A DNA stretch of 64,000 nt from Selaginella moellendorffii. Lineage: Eukaryota > Plantae > Lycopodiophyta. Numbering within the stretch: the stretch's first letter is position 1; each line of letters starts with the position of its first letter. The stretch covers positions 395,961 to 459,960 of the forward strand of contig NW_003314270.1 in assembly GCF_000143415.4 (NCBI RefSeq). The letters run 5' to 3'. Shown here one piece after another: positions 1 through 12,656 of this stretch. The notes beneath the pieces were generated by a model, which saw only the letters and a list, made by a program, of their open reading frames with translations, did not search any database and was not told where the DNA came from. The position numbers and the translations under genes were made by a program.

Positions 1-2738
1 GGGGGACGGCAGGTAGACCCCAACTACGAACGCTCACGCTGCATTGCTGCCGCGGTGCGACCGTCCATCGCTATGAGCTATTGACTAAATGCATTGGTGA
101 GCTTATTGCGGTTGAGTTGGATTCGAGTGGTCATTTAGTTTGTGCTTGTCCATGAACTTTTATCTCATGTTTGAGGTATTATGTTTATGCTAGATAAGTA
201 TATAACTTGATGACAAGAGTTGGTGTTTGGGTCTTGTGAAGGCAAGTTGAGGGGTGATTGTTAGTTGCTTTGCGACTAGTGATTACTTGTAGACTTTGTC
301 AAAAAGACTGTTGATACTTGCTTTGCTCGATGATGATTTAGCAGTGATGGGCTTGCTTTACTGGATGGTGTTGCGGAGGATCGTGTCATTAGGCTGACAT
401 GGTTTTTCCATGGTGGCATGTCAATTCCTTTGTCGATATCATTTGGTTACATTTGGTCTATAGTGTTGGATTTCATTGAGTCTTGGATGTGGTGATTCAC
501 TCCTTGATGATGTGTTATCTGTCACTGAGTTTTGCTAACGGATTGGTCTCGGATACTAAGTATAGTATCTTCGACTTTGGTTAGCTTGGTTGCTGGAAAG
601 CTCCGAGTGGTGATTCACTCTTGCTTTCTTCTAGCTTTGTCCTGATGTTGATGGCATTGAAGTGATGCTTTGTCGTTGACATTGTTGATATTGAGACTTG
701 AGTGAAATGAGCTATCCTTCTAAGGATTGATATTGAGTTTCATTAGTCTTGATGAATATAGTGTTGATGATTTGGCTATAGATTTATGTTGTTGGCATTC
801 GTGCATTTGCTAGTTAGCAACTGTGTTGACGTTCAAACAAACTGAGTGGCAAGTTGAGTTAGTAGTGTTCTAGACGAGATTATTTAGTAGAGGATTGAGC
901 TTTAGCTTTTCCTTGAAAGGTGATTTAGTCGTGGACAATGCTACCTCTATGAGAGGAAGAGTTAGTGATTGGCATTGAAGTGATTAAATCCTTCTTGGAT
1001 TTCAATTGAGATATATCAATCATTAATGATTTTTCTTGTGCTTGTTATGAAGTGAGTTACGTCTTGCTATAGATGGATTCATGGAGGATCATTTAGTGAT
1101 CACTTGTTGAGCATAGCTCCATTGTGCTTAGCTTTTGGATTGATGCAGAAATGCTCTTCATTAGCTTTGGCATTATGAAGTTTGGCTTATGAATGTGTTG
1201 AAGAAGACATTGTGGGTTGCACCATGATTTCTTCTTTAGCATTGAAGTTAGCTTCTATGAGACTCGTGATCATTATTAAGCAAGACTTAGCTATAGGCTT
1301 CTTCGAGCTTTGGTTCTTTGGGTTTTATGCTCATTGTTCCATTTGTTAAAAGTTGTTGGGGAAGGCATTTTTTGGCTCTTTAGCTTTGATGTTGAAGTTA
1401 GTATTTGCATCTAGCAATCATTGGTGATGATTGACTATCATCTAGGATAATTGATTATCCATGTCAAAAAGTTTTGCTTGATTATTGTTGGTATAGAATG
1501 GTTTGCCGTTCTTCGGGATGGTGGATTCCTTCTTAAACGATGATTATGCATCTCTTTATTGATGGAATGATTGATGATCTTTCATGATGGTTAGTTGTTC
1601 TCTTTGATAGCTTATGCCTTTTCGCAATACCACATATTCTTTGTGGTTTGCCTGGATTGGTCTCTTGGGTTTGAGACGTCAGTAGGATGTTGCTGACACT
1701 TGCTTAGGCAACTTGAGTTCCTTGGTATTGTTGGCTGGGATCTATTCAGATTGGCTTTTGTGATAGTTGGCAGGAATGAGTGTTTGTTGGTCTTACCACA
1801 TTCATTTTCTTCTGTTGATTGTTGCTCGAGTTAGTTTTGATAGATTTGGATGTTATTTCCTTTAGGTGATACATTCGCGAGCATTGTGCTTGTTAGTCAA
1901 TGATACTTTGTGTTCTTTGAGTTCTCTCTAGTAAGTTGTTGGCTTACTGTCTACTATCTTCGATAGTTAAGTTTCATCATTGAGTTTCCTTAATGATATA
2001 CTAGCTATTGAATTTTGTTGGATGGTCATTCCTGTGTTTGCCAAATTATGATAATCTGTTGGTGGTTCCTATCTACAATACTACTGGTTTATCGGATGAT
2101 AACTTGCTTAGAATACTTTTGTGTTCTACTCTAAGATATAATCACTAGTAATTAAGCTTCTCAGATATCATTGTCTCTGACTTTGATATTGTCCATCTAT
2201 TGCTCTTTGAGTTTGGGCCAGTATAGGCAGACTGGCTTCGGCACTTTGTGTGCATGGTGAAATCTCTAGTCATGGGGTAGCTACTGTCGACTGGTCACAT
2301 AACCCGCCTCTCTGTCGATGTTCTTTATTTCGTTGAAAGGGCGTGACCGTGTAAACAACTCTAAACTGCCTGTTGACAGTAGTCTATCTAAACCTTACCG
2401 ACGGGTTTGGTTTCTTTGCTCAGGAGGGTTGGGGCCTCTGGCTTCTCTCTCTATGTCCCTGCGGGCAGGGCATATCACACTTTTGTAAGCTGGGTGACTC
2501 CCAGAGCAGCAGGGGTGGCTGACTCCGTTGGTCATTTCCTTGTCGGCGACGGCCGGAAGGTGTCTGAGCTGGTAGCGCATCCGCGTTAGACAAAGAGGTT
2601 GCCCCCTAACTCATTTAAGTTGGTGCATTTCTCACATAGTGTGAGTACCGTGAACTTTTTATGGAGTTGTTTCCTTGGCGGTATTCTAGACTGGAGTATG
2701 CATCGACGAGGACGTCGATCTTCCCAAGGGGGGGAGAG
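1..2738 (+). mobile_element. Highly degenerate internal region of LTR family A, ending in a polypurine tract
   Basis: No ORF above 104 aa. Ends GAGGACGTCGATCTTCCCAAGGGGGGGAGAG (PPT) directly before the TG of the LTR at 2739. The 5' part lies outside the window. Confidence 0.6.
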
Positions 2739-3888
2739 TGTCGCGCATGTGACTTCGGGTATCGAAAGTTACCTATCGGCTAGTCCTTACGGACACTCTT
2801 ACCTTACTGCCACGATGGCAGGAGGTCGGTATTGCTGGACCCGTTATCAGTTTCCACCTAAGCTAGTTGAGAAACTGGTCATCACATGTGCACTTAGACC
2901 GGAAGGGCACTAAGGAAGGAAATCCTAAGTTGTCATTTAGTCAAGCAGACTTGACACGGTGATGAGAAACTCATGATGTTGGCTTGCACTTGCTAGTGTT
3001 AGGAACCCCCGCGATATTGAGATTGGTCCCTCAATATTCGCTAGATGATAGCTTACCGTGTCTGCCAAACACCCTCGCTATCATGCCCTTTGTGTTAGTC
3101 TCATTTTGGTCCCAAATGCTATTTATGGAAAGTGTCCAGATTTGCTCATTTGGCATATCTACGGAATGTAGAGATCGGCCTGAACACAATGGTGTTCGTC
3201 CCGTGTCCAAATTCACAATCTAAGGACATTCCATATTTAGTAAGTTTTGAGTTTGTCCCAGAGACTAACTCCTGATACTAAGGGAGGCTTGGGGTGAAAG
3301 CCCAAAGCGTGTGTTCCTCAAGGGGGGGGGGCTGTGGGGGGTTCCAAATGTATAGTAGGGATAGTGGGTAGGTTGGGCATGGCCGACCAACCTGAGGCAT
3401 AGTCTAGCTCCCGCTTGCGTGCCTGTCCTTGTTTTGCGTCCGGCTTGGGTCTAAGCCCAAGTTCCATTCCATGCTAGCTGGTGGAGTACCCATATCCTCA
3501 CGTTAGGCCACCGGTATGCCGAAATAGCGCCAGACTCCGTTTGGCTCCGTTTTGCGTGCTGGTCCTGGCATTGGTATGCTGGTTGCTCCAGGACTGTTCC
3601 AAGTCGCTCCGGGCTCTTGTCCCTTCGCTCCTTGGGCTATATGCTCAGGAGTTGCTCCGTGGTCCGGTTCCATCACTCCTTGGTGTCACGCTTGGGAGTT
3701 TGGCACCGTTCGTTCGTTCAGTGGCTCAAGGCCCTGAACCTTGGGTTCCTGTGGACACGTGGCATGGACACGTGGCATGTGACACATGGCATCTGTCACG
3801 TGGCACAAAGAGGGTTTAGGTTCCGCTTCGTGGTGTTATCCTATGGTAAATCACCATAGGATAAAGGGTCAAAACCACGTGCGCTACA
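2739..3888 (+). mobile_element. 3' LTR of family A (~1150 bp)
   Basis: Starts TGTCGCGCATGTG and ends CACGTGCGCTACA (imperfect inverted termini). Same sequence recurs at 11502-12645 and 62291-63435. Preceded by a PPT. Confidence 0.9.
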
Positions 3889-4001
3889 ACCCCTTTTTCC
3901 AATCGGTTAAGGGTTTTGGGATACTTGAGGTTAAACGTCCTTAGGTTTGAATAGTACTGGGATGGGTGACCTCCTGGGAAGTCTAAACTCAAGAGCTTAC
4001 A
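3889..4001 (+). mobile_element. 3' half of a Cassandra LTR (5S rRNA-like), the site into which the family A element inserted
   Basis: GGTTAAACGTCCTTAGGTTTGAATAGTACTGGGATGGGTGACCTCCTGGGAAGTC resembles the plant 5S internal control region. Collinear with the LTR at 19526-19719. Ends CTTACA. Confidence 0.85.
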
Positions 4002-4532
4002 GCTTAGTTAATGGCACATAGAAATTCCATCCTTATGCTCATCTGGTCTAAGTACACTTGAAATGCGCAATTAACTCCACTAGCAGAAGAGGGGTTGATA
4101 AAGGGTTTAGCAATACTAACCTCTTGCTGTTGTAGCAGTAAGGAAATAATATCTAAAAGGATTAGCTAATAAATAACTTTTGATACCTGTAATCATATTC
4201 AAGACAAACATGATGCCTAGCAGGCTGATATGTATATACAACAGTTGAAACACTTCGTACAAAGGGATTAGGAACAACTAACACCACCTATAGATCTACC
4301 AATGCCTCATCTTGATGTTCCTCTAGATTTCGGCCCATCCATGAGAGAATCTTGATGGTTTTCCATTATTCCAAAAGAAATGAGGTCGTATACTAATATT
4401 AATGTAGTGGGATTTTAGTAATTGTCGGATTGGTTTCAATCTAGACCATTTACTCCTATATATAAACTAGGGTTTTTGGGCTAATTGATATACACATTTT
4501 TGTATTTCATTTCCATTTTCCATGCACTCACA
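4002..4532 (+). mobile_element. 3' end remnant and short LTR of gypsy family D
   Basis: About 4260-4532 is the reverse complement of about 14599-14900 (3' region, PPT and LTR of the gypsy there). Ends CACTCACA. The assignment of 4002-4260 is less certain. Confidence 0.7.
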
Positions 4533-4569
4533 ATATATATAAAATTTCAAATGTATAATGTTTATAAAT

Positions 4570-5800
<1,231 letters not shown>

Positions 5801-6162
5801 ATCATACTCCCTTATTTAAAAGTGCTATTGGCATATACCATCTGGTGTCTTTTATTCCATTTTGAGAATATGATTTGTGAATATACTTATAATCTAACAG
5901 TTCAAATTCAAAAACTTCAAATAGATGGCATAGATCACTTCAATTTCATTTGAATGACACTCTAAATCAAGTGAAAATTTGTAAAGTGATTAGGCAGATT
6001 GTGAGCTACACTCTGTGTGTGTGTGTGTGTGTGTGTTCTTCTTACTGAGATGAGAAGGGTAAGTGATGTTTACTTCCTCTTTGTCTTATTTTTCTTGTTG
6101 ATACTGGTTTTTTTTCTAATATGACAGTTCATGTATCTAGCTGTCCTCTACATTTTATATAG

Positions 6163-6556
6163 GAAAGACTCCAGTCTCAATGTGGATGAGATTTTCTCCT
6201 TGTACTACATTGTCAACCAAGGCATTCAGGCCTTCCCCATCAACTTCTGCAACACTGCCTACAATAAAACCTTGAAAGTAAAAGCCATATGCATTTTCCT
6301 ACATAGTTTTGTGATGTTTTCCCATTCTCAGGCAAGATGAAAGGTCATCAAGCTTATCCAGGACCTGATCAACCAGTGAAGAGCTTCCAGAAAACAACAG
6401 GAAACAAGCATTCTTTCGTTGCTCATGGATGAGCTTGATGACAAAGGAGAGGCTCTGGAAGTGCTGAAATCATAGACATGCTCATAAATGCTGGTCACAA
6501 CTTGATGGCTGATGGTTTTCTAAAGCAAAATCATGAAGTGCTCAAGAAAGTGAAGA
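6163..6556 (+). pseudogene. Cytochrome P450 CYP85-clan (CYP88/ent-kaurenoic acid oxidase-like) two-exon pseudogene fragment
   Basis: Exon 6163-6277 reads FSLYYIVNQGIQAFPINFCNTAYNKTLK. A 54-nt GT-AG intron (6278-6331) follows at the K|AR position. The next exon reads AR*KVIKLIQDLINQ*R...SILSLLMDELDDKGEAL, then after a frameshift EIIDMLINAGH...LKQNHEVLKKVK. This matches the KAO pattern AINIPGFAYHKALKAR...EEIIDLLLMYLNAGHE...QEHP. Contains stops, a frameshift and deletions. Confidence 0.75.
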
Positions 6557-7886
6557 TAAACATTTACAATTTCATAAAAACTTTCCTTCATACAATCTTT
6601 CTTCTTTAGGTCACATCCAGACTATTCTGTAAAAGTTTCAAAACTTCTGTAATTAAAAAAGAAAAAAGTATTCTACTGAATTGTACCTCATACAAGATGA
6701 TACCCTAAGTATTCTCATGCCTCCACTATTCTAATTCATCCCTGTTGCTAATTCAAATTCAACCTCAGTGTGCAGCATGCAGCAGCAGTTCTACATGATA
6801 AAATGTTCATGATTGGAGGGAACCACTATGTGAACGATGTCCAGGTATGTAGCTTTTTGCTCTTTAATAACTGATGTTGCACCTTTACCATAGGTGCTCA
6901 ATCTAAGAACTTCACCAGGTCCAAAGTTGAGCAAAAGATCCCAACGTCTCCTCGTCCATGCCACTTATCCCTTCAAATCAGATTTTGTCACCTTGTGCTG
7001 GTCATATCCTAGTAATCTTTCTAGCTTTATACATTCATCTTACAATATTCCCAAGTGTTTTCAGATTCAAAAGAACAGAATGCTGTCTGTTGTAGGTGGC
7101 CACTCAAAAAAACTCCCTCAACTCTGTCTCAGGTTAATGTAATGTAGAGGAGTTTTGAGATCCATCTCACATCAATGCTCTCTATCTCCAGTTCATGCTT
7201 TTGATATGGGGACTTTCACTTTCACTTGCAAGAACAAGATCCAGACTGGTAGTCAAGTTGCAAGGGAAAAAAAGTTGAGGAAATTGGTAGAATGGCTTTA
7301 AATTTTTTTGTTTTTGTGTTAGAACTAAAACTTTGCAGCATTCTTTCAGCCTCTGCAAGACAATGATTTAAATCCAAGTCTTCAGAAGGAGGACATCCCT
7401 GCTGTAAATAACTCTCCTCCATCCCTTTAGCTGCCATCAGCAAATGGTGGGATTGCCACGGAGATAAAAATGGAAGAAAATGATGTCTAAGTGCTCCACT
7501 ATTATGGAGAGATTGATGCTTGCAATGAAAGGTTTTCATATGGAGAGATTGATGTTTGTAAAGAATGGTTTTCACCTCTGGTATATGGATGAAGACCAGC
7601 ATCTTGCTATCAGGTCTATTGTAAACCTTGGTAAACTGGCATTAGGGTAGAATAAAACTTGTGAACTAAAACCTTATAAAGCTGTGGTAAAACTCGCTTT
7701 TCAAAAGTGAGACACATAGGTTAAGAAAAACTGTTTTGAATCATAGCAAAAAAGACTATACAATTTTGTTTCTGAGAGATAATTAGAAAGTCCTAAGGGC
7801 AATATTCAGTGTGCTTCTATTTTCTTGTGGTTTGGCTATTTTTCTATTTACTTATTTTAGAGCTTGCACACGCTGTCTAAGGTTTA

Positions 7887-8487
7887 GGATCCACGGTGAC
7901 TATATAGCTAAATCTCATCCTATGATCACATGCGCTACACTCACTCCCCCTTTAGAGATGTCAATATCCTCATTGACTATTAATTAACAACCCCTATTGA
8001 GCCAAGACATGCGCTACACTCACCCCCCTTTTAGAGATGTCAATGTCCTCATTGACTATTAATTAACAACCCTTATTGAGCCAAGGAGAACTAACACCTC
8101 CATTGTCCTCATTGACTATCCTTCCATTGTGTAGACTAGTCAAAGATGTCAATGTCCCACAGTAGATACCTTTATTTGGGATGCTCTAGAAGAGAAAGGA
8201 TGTACGCATAGATGCCTAATACATACAATTTTCAAATTTAAAGGTAGAAATATACCTTGCTCAAGGGTATATTATATTTTAGATAGCCACTAATCAATGG
8301 GAATTGAACCCATGCCATTACCACATGTAACACATCTTATCTCCCTCCCCTTAAGTCAATTGGAAAAGGGGCAATTGCTTGATAATAGAGCCCTTAGTGG
8401 CTATTTTATCCCCATTTATCCCCCAAAGTTCCAAAGATCCATGGTAACAATATATCCAAATCTCATCCCATGATCACATGCGTTACA
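7887..8487 (-). mobile_element. TRIM-like non-autonomous LTR element (family E), 3' LTR truncated
   Basis: 5' LTR 8487-8326 (~162 bp, TGT...ACA), TGG-starting PBS-like site, ~390-bp non-coding interior, PPT AGGGGGAGTGAG, 3' LTR starting at 7939. The PPT/LTR junction is tandemly duplicated (~80 bp, 7928-8086). Confidence 0.75.
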
Positions 8488-11345
8488 AATTAGTATTGAA
8501 ATACATATGGTTTGTATCTATTAGTGACTTTAAATTTCCATTTCAGAGTGGAGCCACATCTAAAAAAGGCAGTTGCTGAAAACCCAAAAGAATGTACTCC
8601 ATCTTCCTCTAATCCCTCTCAGACTGATTTTGTGTTTTTTGAGCTGTATTTGTTATTATTACAGATTCAACATCTGAACGGAATGTTAAGTCTTATCAAG
8701 CGGTGGGCTATTCAATGAGCATGACAAATATTAAAAAGAGATTGAGAAAAAAGAGAAACATCATGTCTTACAAATATTAAAAATAGATTGAGAAAAAAAA
8801 ATTCTAATCTATACTATGTTCCTCTCATGATTAGTTAGAATGATGGTATAAAACAAATTTCAAATTGTCAAAACAATCCAAATAATATAGCTCATCCAGC
8901 CAAACCAAATAGTAGCCCCCATGGAAGAGGAAGTCCATGTATGTATGGACAAGCTCCACCTATGTATCAGACCACATGACATAGTTTCTCTCCTTGGGTG
9001 AGTGGGAGGGCTTTGGCTTTGGCACACCAGCTCCTGCTTTGAAGGTGAAACCAAGCAGCAAACTTTGTTGAGTGGGAGCCATTTTCTTAGCCTTGACAAA
9101 GTAGCACTGGCTTTTGCACTGTTATTTTTAAACATTACAGCTCTTCAACAATGCTTTGCAATAGTTCCCATTTCTCTACTTGGTAGATAGAAATATTGCT
9201 CTGCTGAATTACAATCAATTGGAATCTGCATAAACAAAAACTTACACTTGGCTTTTGTGTATCTGGATTACACAACATCAACTTCTAGCATACAAGATTA
9301 TACCCTGACACAGAAACAAGCCTTCTCTGTGCAAAAAATCATCCAGCACAAGGCCATTATCGCAGTCATACACCAGAAACCATGAGGAAACCAGGAGGAA
9401 GAGCGATACAGTATGGAAGAAAATACAAGATAACTGACACAGTTCAAGCAGTATACAAGGATGACAGCGGAAGAGGTGCAGCAGTACAAGGACTTTCATC
9501 CACAACGAGCCATACAGTTAACGATGGCAATTTTGCATGATTGTTTATGTCTGGTGCTGCTACAGGTTGAGCATTTGACATGGGGTACCAGGGTAGTGGA
9601 GTAGACTTGCTTTACGACGCCCTGAACAAGATCAAGGAGGAGACTGTATTTTCATGTACCGTTTGTCTCTTCCAGCTTAACGGCTGGGGTAGGTCGTGGG
9701 TGGTTCGAGAGTTACTTCATCCTTTAGATTTTTGAAAAGGTTTCCTCAACCGTGCAAGACAGGCACTGGGAAATGGAGATTACGCAGGCCATCTCACATG
9801 CATGCCCTACTGTCTGGCTTATTGGAACGCTGCATTGAGCAGCTGGTTGGAGCTAGTTGGATTCGTCTGATTTCAGACAAAGAATCAGATGAAGAAAAGA
9901 AGAAATGGAAAGTGTTTTTTCTAGGAGTTCTCTCTGACAGACTTAAGCCTTCATTTGCCCTATAAAAGCTTGAGAATCCATCAAGTTTCTACACTACGAG
10001 TAAACGAAGATCAAACTGTTTCGCTATGGATCACAATGGTGTTCAGTAATTGCGTTCGTAACCAGCAAGTGTGGCTGGAATTCGAGTGTTGGAAGATGTG
10101 TCAGACACAGTTTTGTGCTACAATCCGTTTCCGTGGGTATAATCCTCTATAACATTGGTAACAAAGGGAAAGGCCTAGAAAAACGCCTGTGTCTAGACTT
10201 GGACCATACTGTGTCGGTTCTCTGTTTGCAAGTCATGGAACTCCATCATCAGCAATTCATCCTTTTGCTGTCTGCGGTATCAAAATAGTAGAGCAAAGAT
10301 TCCTTGCGTGTTATGACTACCTCCTTGCATGTGATGCACTGCGCCTGGGATCCATTATGGGCGAACCACTTTGAGAAGTTTGCAAAACCTTCACAGGGCG
10401 TATATGTCTTTGCTTCTGCAGGTGGCTTGGGATGAATCGACAAGGCCACGATTCCTTTAAGTTTTCTAGAGCACCTGCTAGACGGAAAGAGGAGCCGTGT
10501 ATTGCCACAGTTGTTTTTAAACATGAAGACCAGTAGATAGTGGTCTTTTGGTCGGTAGTGGAGAATCAGATTAAAAAAAAAAATTGAACAAGAACTTAAG
10601 TTTCTCGAGAAGATAAACTACTTTTGTCACTAACTCCTCTGGAGCTGGAGGAGGAAGATAAAGTCGTGCTCTTTTTTTCCACTAATACAAGATTAAATTT
10701 TATTATTTCATATGCATCAAGGCAATGATAACAATGTTGCCAACTGTGAACATTATATAGCAGATAGCACCGAGAAACCCTAGCGTGAGCGATCATAAAG
10801 TGCATGGATGATGGGATCAGAAAGGTCAAAGAAAATTCGAAAGAGGAACTAGTGTTGTGTGTGACGAATATAGATTCAAAGCCTGGTGCTCTGACCAAGG
10901 AGTTCTCTGTCACGGATGACAGAGAAATACTCGAGGCAATTGCATCACACTGAGTTTCAAGTTTAATAGATTCATGTGGCGCCTGTCTGAATTCGTTTGT
11001 AAAATTCCTGGACTACCGCTTTCCTTGAGACAAATGGGAAACAGTAACTGTATTTTCCTTTTGACAAAGCATTTTAAACACCAAAATATTCTGTCATTGA
11101 TTGTTTCATATGCATGCTTCCTGGAGTATGGAAGCGCACACACACAAACCCAGTGGTAAGTCCGTTTCTTGGTTTTTATTCTAAAAAACTGTTACAATTG
11201 AACTTGCCAGGGACAAAAACGAGCCCAAGAGTCCATGGAAAAGGTATTTCATGTCTAAACCAGTTTATTCAGATTGTTCCCTTTGATACAGGGAGAGAGC
11301 TCAAAAAAGGCTGCCATAAAAGAGGTGTTCATCAAAGAAATTAGT

Positions 11346-12656
11346 TGTAGCGCATGTGATCATGGGATGAGATTTAGATATACTGTCACCATGGATCCTT
11401 GGAACCTTGGGGGATAAATGGGGATAAAATAGCCACTAAGGGCTCTCTCATCAAGCAATTGCCCCTTTTCCAGTTAGCTTAAGGGGAGAGAGATAAGGTG
11501 CTGTCGCGAATGTGATTTCAGGTATCGAAAGTTACCTGTCGGCCAGTCCTTACGGACACTCTTACCTTACTGCCACAATGGCAGGAGGTCGGTATTGCTG
11601 GACCCTTTATTAGTCCCTCTTGTTCAAGTGTTAGTAAACTGGACTTTGCATCTGTACTTGGCCGGATGAGCATAAGGAAGGAATTCCTAAGTGTCTATTT
11701 AGCTGAGCATACTCGACCTGGCTTGTTAGTTCTCTTTTGCTCTGTCTTGCACTAGCTTGACAAGAACCCTCACATATTGAAATTGGTCCCTCAATATCGC
11801 TACATGATAGCTTACCGTGTCTGCCAAACACCCTCGCTATCATGCCCTTTGTGTTAGTCTCATTTCGGTCCCAAATGCTATTTATGGAAGGTGTTCAGAT
11901 TTNNNNNNNNNNNNNNNNNNNNNNNNNNNNNNNNNNNNNNNNNNNNNNNNNNNNNNNNNNNNNNNNNNNNNNNNNNNNNNNNNNNNNNNNNNNNNNNNNN
12001 NNNNNNNNNNNNNNNNNNNNNNNNNNNNNNNNNNNNNNNNNNNNNNNNNNNNNNNNNNNNNNNNNNNNNNNNNNNNNNNNNNNNNNNNNNNNNNNNNNNN
12101 NNNNNNNNNNNNNNNNNNNGTATAGTAGGGATAGTGGGTAGGTTGGGCATGGCCGACCAACCTGAGGCATAGTCTAGCTCCCGCTTGCGTGCCTGTCCTT
12201 GTTCTGCGACTAGCTTGGGTCTAAACCCAAGTTCCATTCCATGTTAGCTGGAGGAGTACCCATGTCCTCACGTTAGGCCACCGGTATGCCAAAATAGCGC
12301 CAGACTCTGTTTGGCTCCGTTTTGCGTGCTGGTCCTGGCATTGGGATGCTGGTTGCTCTAGGACTGTTCGAAGTCGCTCCGGGCTCCTGTCCCTTCGCTC
12401 CTTGGGCTGTATGTTCAGGAGTTGCTCCGTGGTTCGGTTCTGTCACTCCTCGGCTCTATACTTGGGAGTTTGGCACCATTCCTTCGTTCAATGGCCCAAG
12501 GCCCTAAACCTTGGGTTCCTGTGGACACGTGGCATGTGACACGTGGCATCTGTCACGTGGCACAAAGAGGGTTTAGGTTCCGCTTCGTGGTGTTATCCTA
12601 TGGTAAATCACCATAGGATAAAGGGTCAAAACCACGTGCGCTACAGGTGCACTACA
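11346..12656 (+). mobile_element. Solo LTR of TRIM family E (split by a family A solo LTR), inserted in the RPA70 pseudogene
   Basis: TGTAGCGCATGTG...GGTGC [A LTR] GGTGCACTACA, reverse complement of 8326-8487. Degenerate TSD TTAGT/TCAAT. Removing it restores the RPA frame IKEI(S/N)DL. Confidence 0.8.
11502..12645 (+). mobile_element. Solo LTR of family A (contains N gap 11903-12119)
   Basis: TGTCGCG...GCGCTACA, perfect 5-bp TSD GGTGC, 1144 bp like the other A LTRs. Confidence 0.9.

Noticed and set aside
3925-3985. 5S rRNA gene
   Set aside because: Only the internal control-region portion is present, inside a Cassandra LTR. No 5S 5' end or T-run terminator.
8860-10524. Two minus-strand ORFs both starting MFKNN
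   Set aside because: Similarity stops after five residues and no family is recognised. Probably coincidence or decayed cargo.
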